Origin: Leucoraja ocellata
Lineage: Eukaryota
Reading direction: 5' to 3'
DNA length: 64,000 nucleotides
Assembly: GCA_036785375.1 (NCBI GenBank)
Contig: JAWMAR010000471.1
Span: 248,001 to 312,000, forward strand
A program made the position numbers and the translations under genes. The notes beneath the pieces were generated by a model. That model worked only from the letters and a program-made list of their open reading frames with translations, was not told the DNA's origin and did no database searches. Positions 51,839 to 63,279 of the stretch are shown one piece after another (positions within the stretch are counted from its first letter, which is position 1; every line of letters begins with the position of its first letter).

Positions 51839-53441
51839 CATTAGCACCACACGCAGTTTTGTAGTGAAAACATCGTAGTCCATTAGAGACAAGTCACAAA
51901 TGACTGGAGATGCTGGAATCTGCGGCACAAATAAAATGACGTGTCGGAGGAAGTAAGCGGCGTCTGCCAGACATTGTACAAGAAAATGGAATGCGTGAGA
52001 CGAGACGTAGTACACGAACGGTGAACAACCACCAGAAGTTTAAAGAGGTCGAGACGGGCGGATATAAGAGCGGGCTGGATACGTTGCTTGTTTCTTCGTT
52101 GTCCACATGGAGCATCCTTTGTTGCAAACTCATTCTCGCAATTTTCCCCATTGGGCCTCCCCTGCGCGGAGTACGGCTTGTGGACTGCCTCTTGGAACCA
52201 GGCAGTACAGGCTAATATTATTAACATCGCCACTAATTGACTCGAACCCTTTGCCCCTCCTTTATCCAAATTGTTTTGTCTCTGATCACCCGGTGATTAC
52301 ACCGAATCAGCAGATGAGGGGTGATGTAATCTGCAGCAAAAACATAAAACCATTTGCTGGAGCTGTGTCCACTTCAACCCTGTTGGGACCAGTATCCTGC
52401 AAACTGCACAACGAGGGCGGTAGATGGGGCTTCCTGTTGCAAGTAGGAAGTGTCATTATGAGTTTTTGCAAACACATAGAGGAGGCAAGCAGGATCACGT
52501 GATGTGTTGTAGGTTACACAGACTCATCACATCATCGTTTCCGCTCATCGAACCAATTATTTTTGACGACCACGGATGTATTCGGGGGCAGGTGTTTTTG
52601 TTGCATGGATGACACCAACTCAGAACTAGGAGCCGCGCCAGGCTTCCGCGGTGCTAGCAATGAACAAGTGTGGAATCGCTCTCCTCTTGTCCGCGGCTGC
52701 GATGACGTTGACAATAAAGCACTCGATGTACCGCGCTCAGCTGCAATGAGCAACATTGCATTCCCAAATCGAGCCGAATATCGCCAATGTAGGGAACACA
52801 CAGATGAAGAAGATGATGTTTATCCTCGTCGCTAATAAGCGATACATTTGCAATCTCGGTATCATTCATAATCGCACTAACGTTTCTGTTTGAATGCCAC
52901 GTTGTTACCGTTCCCGCCAGCTAGCAATGATATTCGACATTTCCCAGATTACCTTCCGCTTTGATCTATCGTTTCACATCTTACCTTCCCATATGTCTAG
53001 TCTCCCTCTCTCCTGACTCTCAGTCTCGACCGAAACATTCACCCATCTTCTCTCCGGATATGCCTCCTGTTCCGCTGTTACTCCAGCATTATGGGTCTAT
53101 CTTCGGCAGGCTACTGCAAGATTTAACTCCATAAAGTAGAGTACAGGCCAGTGCACATCGACCCCATTGTGGACATTGGGATTTGATTCTGGAATTGATG
53201 CGCTACAATGTGGAGAACTTTATTCTGTACTCTGTATCTTTCCCTTTGCTCTATCTATTGCACTTCGATTTGAATGGGTTGTATTTATGGATCGTTATCT
53301 GATCTGCCAGCTAGTATGCAAAGCATAGTTCATCACTATACCTCTGACCATTATAAATCTAAACCCAATCCATGTGTTTTCCAGACATCATACATGGCGA
53401 TTCTGTTCCCACAGATGCCGCCCTCAGCACGGAGCACAGAA

Positions 53442-54422
53442 ATAAATGTCCTCATTATTCAGGGAACGGGGGTTCCCCTCCTCCACCATAAATGAGGCTC
53501 GCACCAGGGTCTCTTCCATACCCCCCAACACTGCTCTCTCTCCCCATCCCCCCACTCGCAACAAGGGCCGAGTCCCCCTAGTCCTCACCTTTCACCCCAC
53601 CAGCCGTCACATACAAAAAGTAATCCTCCGTCAGTTTCGCCACCTCCAACGTGACCCCACCACTCGCCACATCTTCCCATCTCCCCCTATATCTGCCTTC
53701 CGCAAAGACCGCTCCCTCCATAACTCCCTTGTCAATTCTTCCCTTCCCTCTCGTACCACCCCCTCCCCGGGCACTTTCCCTTGCAACCGCAAGAGATGCA
53801 ACACTTGTCCCTTTAGCTCCTCCCTCGACTCCGTTCAAGGACCCAAGCAATCGTTCCAGGTGCGACAGAGGTTTACCTGCATCTCTTCCAACCTCATCTA
53901 TTGCGTCCGCTGCTCTAGATGTCAGCAGATCTATATCGGTGAGACCAAGCGGAGGTTGGGCGATCGTTTCGCCGAACACCTCCGCTCGGTCCGCAATAAC
54001 CAAGCTGACCTCCCGGTGGCTCAGCACTTCAACTCCCCCTCCCACTCCGTCTCCGACCTCTCTGTCCTGGGTCTCCTCCATGGCCACAGCGAGCAGCACC
54101 GAAAAATGGAGGAACAGCACCTCATATTCCGTTTGGGGAATCTGCATCCTGTCGGCATGAACATCGAATTCGCCCAATTTTGTTAGTCCTTGCTGTCTCC
54201 TCCCCTTCCTCAGTCCCCCTGCTGTCTCCTCCCATCCCCCAGTCTTCGGGCTCCTCCTCCTTTTTCCTTTCTTGTCCCCGCCCCCGATCAGTCTGAAGAA
54301 GGGTTTCGGCCCCAAACGTTGCCTATTTCCTTCGCTCCATAGATGCTGCTGCACCCGCTGAGTTTCTCCAGCTTTTTGTGTAACCTTCGATTCTCCAGCA
54401 TCTGCAGTTCCTTCTTAAACAT
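53442..54422 (+). mobile_element. 5'-truncated Penelope-like retroelement (GIY-YIG endonuclease region)
   Basis: ORF 53446-54186 has a CxxxxCxxC zinc motif and NLIYCVRCSRC-QQIYIGETKRRLGDRFAEH...HFN. The 3' terminal repeat has a hammerhead-like core. Confidence 0.9.
54293..54322 (+). ncRNA. Minimal hammerhead-ribozyme-like motif, mutated
   Basis: CTGAAGA-A-GGGT-TTCG-GCCC-CAAACGTT (GAAA>CAAA). Related fragments at about 50095-50125, 55320-55350 and 61655-61685 (minus strand). Confidence 0.55.
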
Positions 54423-54616
54423 AAAGGGAGTCGGTGGGTTTCAGCTGCGCCGATGACACCGCAAGCCGCCCTCGAGAGAAACTGAGTGAGTTGGGAAGAA
54501 TTCTCAGGCGGCGGGAAACCACAACCAGCAAGCGCGGTGCAGACGTATCTCACTGCAGCAGGCAAAGCAGAAGCTGATGTTTTTGTAGGAAGGTTTCACT
54601 GGTTTCCATCACTGTG

Positions 54617-55550
54617 AGGCTAAAGGCGCAGTAATAAACTGCAGAGTCGCTCAGCTCCAGCCCCGATAGGGTTAAACTGACGACTTTTCGATCGGTCTGG
54701 AGCTGGGAAGAGAAGCGAGTGCCTGCAAATTCGACTTTCTCCCCGGTTCCATGTGAATGTTTCCTCAGTATGAACTCGGGCCTTGAGTCCTGATGATGCT
54801 GGTACCAAAATAAGTAGTAGTACGTTGCTACGGTATCATAGGTGCAGCTGAAAGTCATCGACTCTCCTTCTACCTTCTGTGCTGACGGTAGCGATTGTGT
54901 GACGGTATCTCCATGATTGGGATCTGAAATAAATATATGGATTAGGTTTAGGTTTGTCATGCGTGCCCCGAAATACGCGGAAGATCTTTGTATTACATGT
55001 CACCCAAACACATCAACTGATAATATACTTAAATACAATCAAATCAAACGCACGCTCAATAGATAGATAATGGGAAGACAGAGAGTGCAGAATAAAGTTA
55101 TTATTATTGTAGCGAATCAGGTCCAGAGACAAAGGCCAATGTCGACACTGGGGTAGATATGCATCGCATAGTTCCCTTGCATATCGAGGTGAATCGACCA
55201 TTGCAGCGGCTTATAGGTAGGAAGGAACTGCAGATGCTGACTTAAACCGAATTTAGACACAAGAAGCTGGAGTAACTCAGCGGGTCTGCCAGCCTCTCTT
55301 GGCAAAAGGAATAGGTGACGTGAAGAAGGATCTCGACCCGAAACATTACCTACACCAATTCATTTTCTCCATGGCATGTGGATGGCGATTAGATAGTACC
55401 GAGCTTTCCATTTACATGTAGGGAAAGATAAGACCGGTTCGCATTCACAATGATGGTCGACGTTCCGTCGGAGCAAGTAGCCGGATTAACAGCTGCGACT
55501 TTACCTATCAGGCATGCTCCCCACACAATCCAAATGGCAAATACGCGCAT
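54617..55550 (-). CDS. TRAV: TCR V family B (intact, minus strand)
   Basis: Leader MRVFAIWIVWGACLI|G 55550-55505, V exon 54923-54617 ending YYCAFS. RSS CACAGTG 54616-54610, 23 bp, ACAAAAACA 54586-54578. Confidence 0.92.
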
Positions 55551-56099
55551 TTTCCCTGTGAAAAAATATCTGTGAAATTCCCTCCTCGACCTGGTGCTGT
55601 GCGGCTTTCGGATGTTCTCGCCTCTCCTGCTGGTGCTGGTGGCGCTGTGGTAACGGTGGGCGGGGAGCGACTGACTTCCGCCTACCCCAGCTTCCTCCCC
55701 AGTTGGGACTCGGTCAACGTTCTTTCAGGTTAGGCATGTAGTGACTGGTCCTCATCGCTGTAACAGGGAAAACGCGACTGGGCTTTTGTGAGGAACTCTA
55801 AGGCATCATAATGTAAAGCAACTATGAGGAGCGGGTCAATGCGGGATTTATATGCTACGTTGATTGCCTGGTGAAATGTACTTTCTGTTTAAATTTAATT
55901 CCGAGTTAGAAATGCCCCCCATTCCCACATCGAACCGCAAGTAACGGATTCGATGCGAGATAGAAGCAAGTTAGGATGCGGGGCCCCTTTAGAGTATTGC
56001 GTTCCATTTTGCACACTGGTCATATGAAAGATCGTGTCCAGCAGGGAAGGGTGCAGAGAAAAGGTGCGATGATATTGCCAGCACTAAAGGGACTGGGTT

Positions 56100-56400
56100 T
56101 TGTTTTGAGATAGAGCGCGGAAACCGACCCTTCGGCCCACCGAGGCCGCACCTACCAGTGATCCCCACACATCAACAATACCGTACACACACTAGGGACA
56201 ATTTTACATTTTCTAACAAGCCAAGTAACCTGCAAACATGTTCGTCCTTGAAGTGTGGGCGGATACCCAAGATCTCAGAGAAAAACCTACGTAAGTCACT
56301 TGGAGAGCGTACAAACTGTACATACAAGCACCCGTAGTCGGGATATCCGGGTCTTTGGCGCAGTAAGGAAATAGTTATACGGTTACGTCACCGTGCCGCC
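56100..56400 (-). mobile_element. tRNA-derived SINE (degenerate)
   Basis: Minus-strand head GGCGGCACGGTGACGTAACC. The body is shared with other SINE copies in the window. Confidence 0.65.
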
Positions 56401-57325
56401 GTGCCACTGAGTTACATGGTGAGGATGAGTTGGCTAGGACTTTATTCCACGATGCGCAGGGGGGTGAAGGGTGTCCAAAATAATGAGAGGAATAGATCGA
56501 GTAAACGCACAGATACACTTGCCCCGTAGAGGGGAATAGAGAACCAGAGGATACAGGTTGAAGGTGTGAGTGTGTGTGTGTGTGTGTGGGGACTTAATAG
56601 GAACCAGGGGAATCTTTTAACAGGAATCTTTTTACACAAACGGTGGTGGGTGTCTGCGTCGAGCTGCTGTGGTAGGTAGTCGAGGCAGGTACCATCGAAA
56701 GGTTTCCGACGGGGCATGGAGGAATATGGTCCAAGCGCTGGCTGGTGGGATTAATGTAGATGGGGCATATTGGTCGGTGTGGGCAGGTTGGGCTGGAGAG
56801 TCCGTTCCCACGCTGTATGGCTCTCTGAGTCTAACTTGGAGAAACCCCTGTTTCCCCTTCCCCTCCCCCGCTTAGGTCCCCTCGCATTCTCTCACCATCT
56901 TGTACCCGAATTCCCCTTTGCCCCTTAAAATAACGTTTTATTTTACTGTTTCACGTGATAGGTGACAATAATAAACCAAATCTAAACTAAATTGAACTAA
57001 ACTAAACCAAATGAAACCAAACTGAACTGAACGTCATGAAACTCACAGACATGATTTGGGAGCCGTTCAACGCACAATGACTTCCAGGTATATACGTGTC
57101 GTTACGTTATCTCATCATATAACACCGAGCTCCTTGGGTAACACTATTTTGCTTTTATTGCTTCCGATTTTCCCTTATAAGGGCAGTGACTCCAGCGCAG
57201 CTGTTCCGTCAACAGATAGACCCCACCCCGCTCACCGCTATTGGAGAGCCAACGGAGACACGGGGCAACAACGAGGGAGCGCTCTGATTGCCGACGGCAC
57301 ATCAACGACTCAGCTGACAGACACC

Positions 57326-57792
57326 ATGTGGTTCCTCATTATCTGGATGGCGTGGGGAACATTTTTGATAAGTAACAGCGACACACATGCATTTCCCCTT
57401 CTCTTTTACTTGTGAAACTGGGTATGATTCTGAGACTTTAAATCTCGCTCATCTGATATTTTTGTCCCGTTTGGATCTATTTTTACAGATCACGGCCGTG
57501 CAGATTCTGTCACTCAGTCGCCGCCATTAGCAGTGAAGACAGAAGGAGAAGCAGTGACGTTGGAATGCAGCTACAAAACCCCGGGTGCCTACAGGATATA
57601 CTGGTATCGACAGATGCCCGGCTCAGAGCCCGAGTTCACTTTATGGAAAGACAGCGATAGCTATGAACGGAAAGCGGAGTTTGCTAAAAGTCGTTTCACT
57701 GTCGAACTCCGCACCGAGAGTAAATTCATCAGTTTGACCATCTCAGATCTGGAGCTGAGCGACTCTGCAGTTTATTACTGCGCTTTGAGCCG
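57326..57792 (+). CDS. TRAV: TCR alpha/delta V segment, family C (single copy)
   Basis: Leader MWFLIIWMAWGTFLI 57326-57371, 117-bp intron, V exon 57489-57792 reading DSVTQSPP..C..WYRQ..DSAVYYCALS. RSS CACAGTG 57793, 22 bp, ACAGAAACA 57822-57830. Confidence 0.88.
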
Positions 57793-58440
57793 CACAGTGA
57801 TGGGAATCAGTATACACTCGTACAGAAACACCAGGCGCATTGTGGCTCGCGCTGGAATCTAATGCAAGCCTCACACGGGTTCCTGTTCGCGGTTTACTGT
57901 AATTCTGAGAATTGTTTCCAAAGTCGTTTTTGGTACGATTTGCGCAGGTGCGCCGGTGGCTTGCTTCCTATTCGCTGAGAGTTGTCACCCTTCCGTTACT
58001 GGTCCATGTTCTTGTCTATTCTCTGCTCCGTGTCTCTCTCTCGTTACAACAGCTCCGAAATGAAAATCTCGCATCTTCCCAGCGTCTCAGAAAACGCGGT
58101 ATTCGAAATGTTCTTTGTTCTATTCGGTTTCCAAAATTCTTTATTCAAAGTCTCCCATGAATTGTGATCATTTCCCGCTGATTACGATGATCACAACGCC
58201 AATAATAAGCTATTTTAGTCCAGGCTGCTAAACAGGGTTTGTCCACTGCTCCGACAGCGCCACAGACACGGGTGTGAACCTGACCTCGCCGTTGTCGGTG
58301 CGTAGTTTGCACGTTCTCCTGTTCGTCCAAATCGATCGTAATATATCGGCTAGTTGCAGAATATCTTATTCAGAATAGGGGAAACAACAACCCGAGGGCA
58401 TGGGTATAACGTAGAGGGGGCGGGGTGTTGGGTGTGGTTA

Positions 58441-58449
58441 TGTGTGTGT

Positions 58450-58490
<41 letters not shown>
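58441..58490. repeat. (GT)n microsatellite within a degraded CR1 fragment
   Basis: Direct reading of the sequence. Confidence 0.9.
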
Positions 58491-58492
<2 letters not shown>

Positions 58493-58729
58493 GGTGGTGG
58501 GGGGGGGGGGTGGGTAATAGCAACCTGAGGGGTAACCTTTTCCACACACGAATGGAACGAGCTGCCCGTGGAGGCAGTTGAGGCAACGAGTATCGTAACG
58601 TTGAAGAAACAGGACATGCATTGGACAGGTTTAGAAGGATATGGGCAAAACGCAGGCAGGCGGGTGTACTAAAATTCTGGAGTAACTCAGCGGGCAGGCA
58701 GCGAGACCGAACTGACACATTAGTCAGCC

Positions 58730-58955
58730 CCATTGATTAACACTATCCTACACACACTGGGGACAATTTGCACTTACACCAGGCCAATTAACCTGCATAC
58801 CTGTACGCCTCAGATCTCGGAGAAAACCCCACGAGGTCACGGCGATAAGCTACAAACTCCGTACAGACAGCACCAGTAGTCGGGATCGAACTCGGGTCTC
58901 CGGCGCTGCAAGTGCTGTAAGGCAGCAACTCTACTGCTGCGCCACCGTGGCCGCC
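58730..58955 (-). mobile_element. tRNA-derived SINE
   Basis: Minus strand has an A-box GGTGGCGCAGCAGTAG and a B-box GAGTTCGATCC. Confidence 0.8.
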
Positions 58956-59353
58956 GGGAATTTAATTTGGTTGGGTTGGAATGGTGGGCACGATAAATAA
59001 TTCACGCGAATACTTTGAGGTTTGGGAGAGCACCGTGAATGTTGGTAAATGAACACAAAGCATTTTCGCGGACAATAATAAAGATAGGCAATAAGTTAAA
59101 AAAAAGGTTTCCACACGATAACCCCCCCCCCCCCCTTCAAAATGACAAAATTGCCTTCTCCTCCTTAAATAAACTGTGATCTGGTAAATGTTTGATGAAG
59201 CGAGGAGTTGATCTCATCATTGAAACTGGAGATGAAATAATTTCGTACCCGGCTTTCCATTTACATGTAGGGAAAGATTAGACCGGTTGGCATTCACAAT
59301 GATGGTCGACGTTCCGTCGGAGCAAGTAGCCGGATTAACTGTTGAGACTTTAC

Positions 59354-59399
59354 CTGTCAGGCATGCCCTCCACACAATGCAAATGGCAAATACGCGCAT
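59354..59399 (-). pseudogene. TRAV: Orphan family B leader exon
   Basis: MRVFAICIVWRACLT|GTAAA. Intron homology ends at about 59245 and no adjacent V exon follows. Confidence 0.8.
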
Positions 59400-59744
59400 T
59401 TCCCCCGAGAAAACTCCTTTGAGAATGTGTCTCCTCGACCTGGTGCTCTGCGGCTTTCGGATGTTCGGTACTTGGGATGGTATTGCCAGCACTCAAGGGA
59501 CTGAGTTTGTTTCGTGTAGTTCAGAGATACAGCGCGGAAACGGGCCCTTCGGCCCACCGAGTCCGCACCTACCAGTTATCCGCGCTCATCAACAATACCC
59601 AACACACACTAGGGACAATTTTACATTGATAACAAGCCAATTAACCTACAAACATGGACGCATTTGGAGTGTGGGCAGAAAAACAAGATCTCAGATAAAA
59701 CGCACGCAAGGCGCGGGGAGAGCGTACAAACTGTGTACAGACAA

Positions 59745-60160
59745 TAGAAACATAGAAACATAGAAATTAGGTGCAGGGGTAGGCCATTCGGCCCTTCGAG
59801 CCTGCACCGCCATTCAATATGATCATGGCTGATCATCCAACTCAGTATCCCGTACCTGCCTTCTCTCCATACCCTCTGATCCCCTTAACCACAAGGGCCA
59901 CATCTAACTCCTTCTTAAATGTAGCCAATGAACTGGCCTCAACTACCCTCTGTGGCAAAGAGTTCCAGAGATTCACCACACTGTGTGAAAAAAGTTCTTC
60001 TCATCTCGGTTTTAAAGGATTTCCCCCTTAGCCTTAAGCTGTGACCCCTTGTCCTGGACTTGCCTAACATCTGGAACAATTTTCCTGCATCTAGCCTGTC
60101 CAACCCCTTAAGAATTTTGTAAGTTTCTATAAGATCCTCTCTCAATCTCCTAAATTCTAG
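59745..60160 (-). mobile_element. CR1-type LINE 3' fragment
   Basis: Translates to LEFRRLREDLIETYKILKGLDRLDAG..TRGHSLRLRG. (CATAGAAA)n tail. Confidence 0.9.
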
Positions 60161-60542
60161 AGAGAATATTAAAGCCCCACCACACACACACACCATCAAC
60201 CTGTATCATCTGGTTCTCTATTCCCCTATACGGGGCAAGTGACTCTGTGCGTTTACCCGATCTACTCCCCTCATGATTTTGGACACCCTTCACCCCCCTG
60301 CGCATCGTGGAATAGTCCTAGCCACCTCATCCTCATCGTGTAGCTCAGTAGCACGGCGGCACGGTGACGTAACGGTATAGCTACTTCCTTACTGCGCCAG
60401 AGACACTGGTATCATGACTACGGGTGCTTGTATGTACAATTTGTAGGCTCTCGCCGTGACTTGCGAGGGCTTTCTCCGAGATCTTGGGGTTTCGCCCACA
60501 ATCCAAAGACGTACATGTTTGTAGGTTAAGTGGCTTGTTATA

Positions 60543-60815
60543 AACACCAACACAATGGGAACAACATCCCTCTTCCCACCAGAACAGCCCCCTCCATCAA
60601 CTCTTTTAAGTCTAGACTGAAAACTTATTTCTACTATCAAGCCTTTCTTGAGATCCCCTGAGGGAACGCTGCATGTGTGTACTTCTGTATGTATTGTTGG
60701 TCTCTGTACAACTGTTTGTATCACGTTTAGTACCTGCACTAATGTAAAGCACTTTGCACAACGAGAGTTGTTTTTATATGTGCTATAGAAATAAAATTGA
60801 CTTGACTTGACTTGA
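60543..60815 (+). mobile_element. L2-like LINE 3' fragment nested in a SINE
   Basis: Degenerate (W)NNIPLPTRTAPSINSFKSRLKTYFY, AATAAA and a (TTGAC)n tail. Absent from the left-arm SINE. Confidence 0.65.
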
Positions 60816-61457
60816 TCAATGTAAAATTATCCCTAGTGTGTGTAGGGTATTGTTGATGTGCGGGGCTCTATCTCTGAACTACACGAATCAAACTCAGTCC
60901 CTTGGGTGCTGGCAACACCATCGCAAGTATTATCTGCACCCGTTCACGCTTGGCGACATTTTTCATATGATAAGTTGCCCAAAGCGGAACGTAATACCCT
61001 AAAGGTGGCCTCGCATCCTAACTTGCATCTATCTCGCATTGAATCCGTTCCTTGCGGTTCGAAGTGGGAATAGGGGTCATTTCTAACTCGGAATTACATT
61101 CAAACAGAAAGTACATTTCGCCAGGCAATCAACGTAACCTATAAATCCCGCATTGACCCGCTCCTCATAGTTCCTTTACATTATGATACCTTACAGTTCC
61201 TCACAAAAGCCGAGCCGAGTTTCCCCTGTTACAGCGATGAAGACGTTTCCTTCCCCCACCCAGTCACGACATGCCGAACCTGAAAGAACGCTGACCGAGT
61301 CCCAACTGGGGAGGAAGTTGAGGTCGGCGGAAGTCAGTCGCTTCCCGCCCACCTTCACCCCAGCGCTACCAGCACCAGCAGGAGAGGCGAGAACATCCGA
61401 AAGCCGCACAGCACCAGGTCGAGGAGAGAATTTCACAAAGGGTTTTTCACAGGGAAA

Positions 61458-62392
61458 ATGCGCGTATTTGCCATTTGGATTGTGTGGGGAGCATGCCTGA
61501 TAGGTAAAGTCGCAACAGTTAATCCGGCTACTTGCTCCAACGAAAGGTCGACCATCATTGTGAATGCGAAACCGGTCTAATATTTCCCTACCTGTAAATG
61601 GAAAGCCGGGTACTATCTAATCGCCATCCATATGCCATGGAGAAAATGAATTGGTATAGGTAATGTTTCGGGTCGAGATCCTTCTTTGGGTCACCTATTC
61701 CTTTTGCCAAGGGAGGCTGGCAGATCCGCGGAGTTACTCCAGCTTGTTGTGTCTAACTTCGGTTTAAGTCAGCATCTGCAGTTCCTTACTACCTCTCAGC
61801 CGCGGCCATGTTCGATTCACCTCGATATGCAAGGGAACTATGCGATGCATATCCACCCCAGTGTCGACATTGGCCTTTATCTCTGGAACTGGTTCGCTAC
61901 AATAAGAATAACTTTATTCTGCACTCTCTGTCTTCCCTTTATCTATCTATTGAACGTGCGTTTGATTTGATTGTATTTAAGTATATTATCAGTTGATGTG
62001 TTTGGGTGACTTGTAATACAAAGATGTTCCGCGTATTTCGGTGCAGGCATGACAAACCTAAACCTAATCCATATATTTATTTCAGATCCCTATCATGGAG
62101 ATACCGTCACACAATCGCTGCCGTCAGCACAGAAGGTAGAAGGAGAGTCTGTGACTTTCAGCTGCATCTATGATACCGCAGCAACGAGCTACCACTTATT
62201 TTGGTACCGGCATCATCAGGACTCAAGGCCCGAGTTCATACTGTGGAAATATTCACATGGAAACGAGGCGAAAGCCGATTTTGCAGGAGATCGCTTCTCT
62301 TTCCAGCTCCAGACCGATAGAAAATTAGTCAATTTAACCCTATCGGGGCTGGAGCTGAGCGACTCTGCAGTTTATTACTGCGCCTTTAGCCT
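61458..62392 (+). CDS. TRAV: TCR V family B (intact, plus strand)
   Basis: Leader MRVFAIWIVWGACLI|G 61458-61503, V exon 62086-62392. RSS CACAGTG 62393, 23 bp, ACAGAAACA 62423-62431. Confidence 0.92.
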
Positions 62393-62537
62393 CACAGTGA
62401 TGGAGACCAGTGAAACCTTCATACAGAAACATCAGCAACTGCTTTGCCTGCTGCAGTGAGATACGTCTGCACCGCGCTTGCTGGTTGTGATTTCCCGCCG
62501 TCTGAGAATTCTTCCCAACTCACTCTGTTTCTCTCGA

Positions 62538-62617
62538 GGGCGGCTTGCGGTGTCATCGGCGCAGCTGAAACCCACCGACTCCCTTTCTGTGCTCCGTGCT
62601 GAGCACTTGTCTGTAGT
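62538..62617 (-). pseudogene. TRAV: Truncated family-B-like V relic (right-arm copy)
   Basis: Minus strand reads ttttccag|..SARSTERESVGFSCADDTASR, preceded by a homologous intron. Confidence 0.7.
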
Positions 62618-63279
62618 CTGGAAAACACAAGGATTGGGTTTAGATTTATAATGGTCAGAGATACAGTGATTAACTATGCTTTACATACTAGCTGGCAGAT
62701 CAGATAACGATCCATAAATACAACCCATTCAAACCGAAGTGCTATAGATAGAGCAAAGGGAAAGATAGAGAGTGCAGAATAAAGTTCTCCACATTGTAGC
62801 GCATCAATTCCAGAATCAAATCCCAATGTCCACAATGGGGTCGATTTGCACCGGCCTGTACTCTACTTTACGGAGTTAAATCCTGTAGTGCCCTGCCGAA
62901 GATAGACATAAAATGCAGGTGGGACAGGTGGAATAGCCGGAGAGAAGATGGGTGACGTTTCGTGTCAAGACCGAGATGCAGGAGAGAGGGAGACTAGAGA
63001 TATGGAACGGTAAGGTGTGATAACGAGTGATTAAAACGGACGCTGGTCCAGGAAATGTCTAATATCATTGTTAGCTGGGGGGGAATGCAACAACTTGGCA
63101 TTCAAACGGAAACATTAGTGCGATTATGAATGATAACGAAATTGAAAATGTATCGCTTATTGGCGACGCCGATCAACATCATCTTCTTCATCTGTGAGGT
63201 CCCTACATTAGCGATATTCGCCTCGATTGGGGAACGCAATGTGGCTCATTGCAGCTGAGAGCAGTACATCGAGTCAGCG

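Larger units (their letters stand above)
53385..54471 (+). pseudogene. TRAV: Truncated family-B-like V relic (FR1-CDR1 only), split by a Penelope element
   Basis: Homologous intron ends ttttccag|, then DIIHGDSV/QMPPSARSTE [insertion] RESVGFSCADDTASR, compared with DPNHGDTVTQSLPSAQKVEGESMTFSCTYDT in the intact gene. Confidence 0.75.
52721..56599. repeat. Left arm of inverted segmental duplication (partner 60167-63274)
   Basis: Flank, V exon, intron, leader, promoter and SINE match the right arm as a reverse complement. Confidence 0.88.
60167..63274. repeat. Right arm of inverted segmental duplication
   Basis: Reverse complement of 52721-56599, without the Penelope insertion and with an added L2 insertion. 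Confidence 0.88.

Noticed and set aside
52459-52615. Nonamer-like GTTTTTG motifs as possible J/D RSSs
   Set aside because: No heptamer at 12 or 23 bp spacing, and no J-like coding sequence.
53578-54354. 258-aa minus-strand ORF, and the 261-aa ORF at 46936-47721
   Set aside because: The first is the antisense shadow of the Penelope ORF. The second is an alternative frame of the family B V exon.
47300-62431. IgH-like V (TAILV), NARTCR V, or D/J/C segments
   Set aside because: The motifs (DSVTQ/DAVSQ, WYRQ, YYCAL/F) are alpha/delta-like. No 12-RSS with FGxG, no doubly flanked D and no C exon were found by eye. Alpha versus delta usage cannot be decided from this window.
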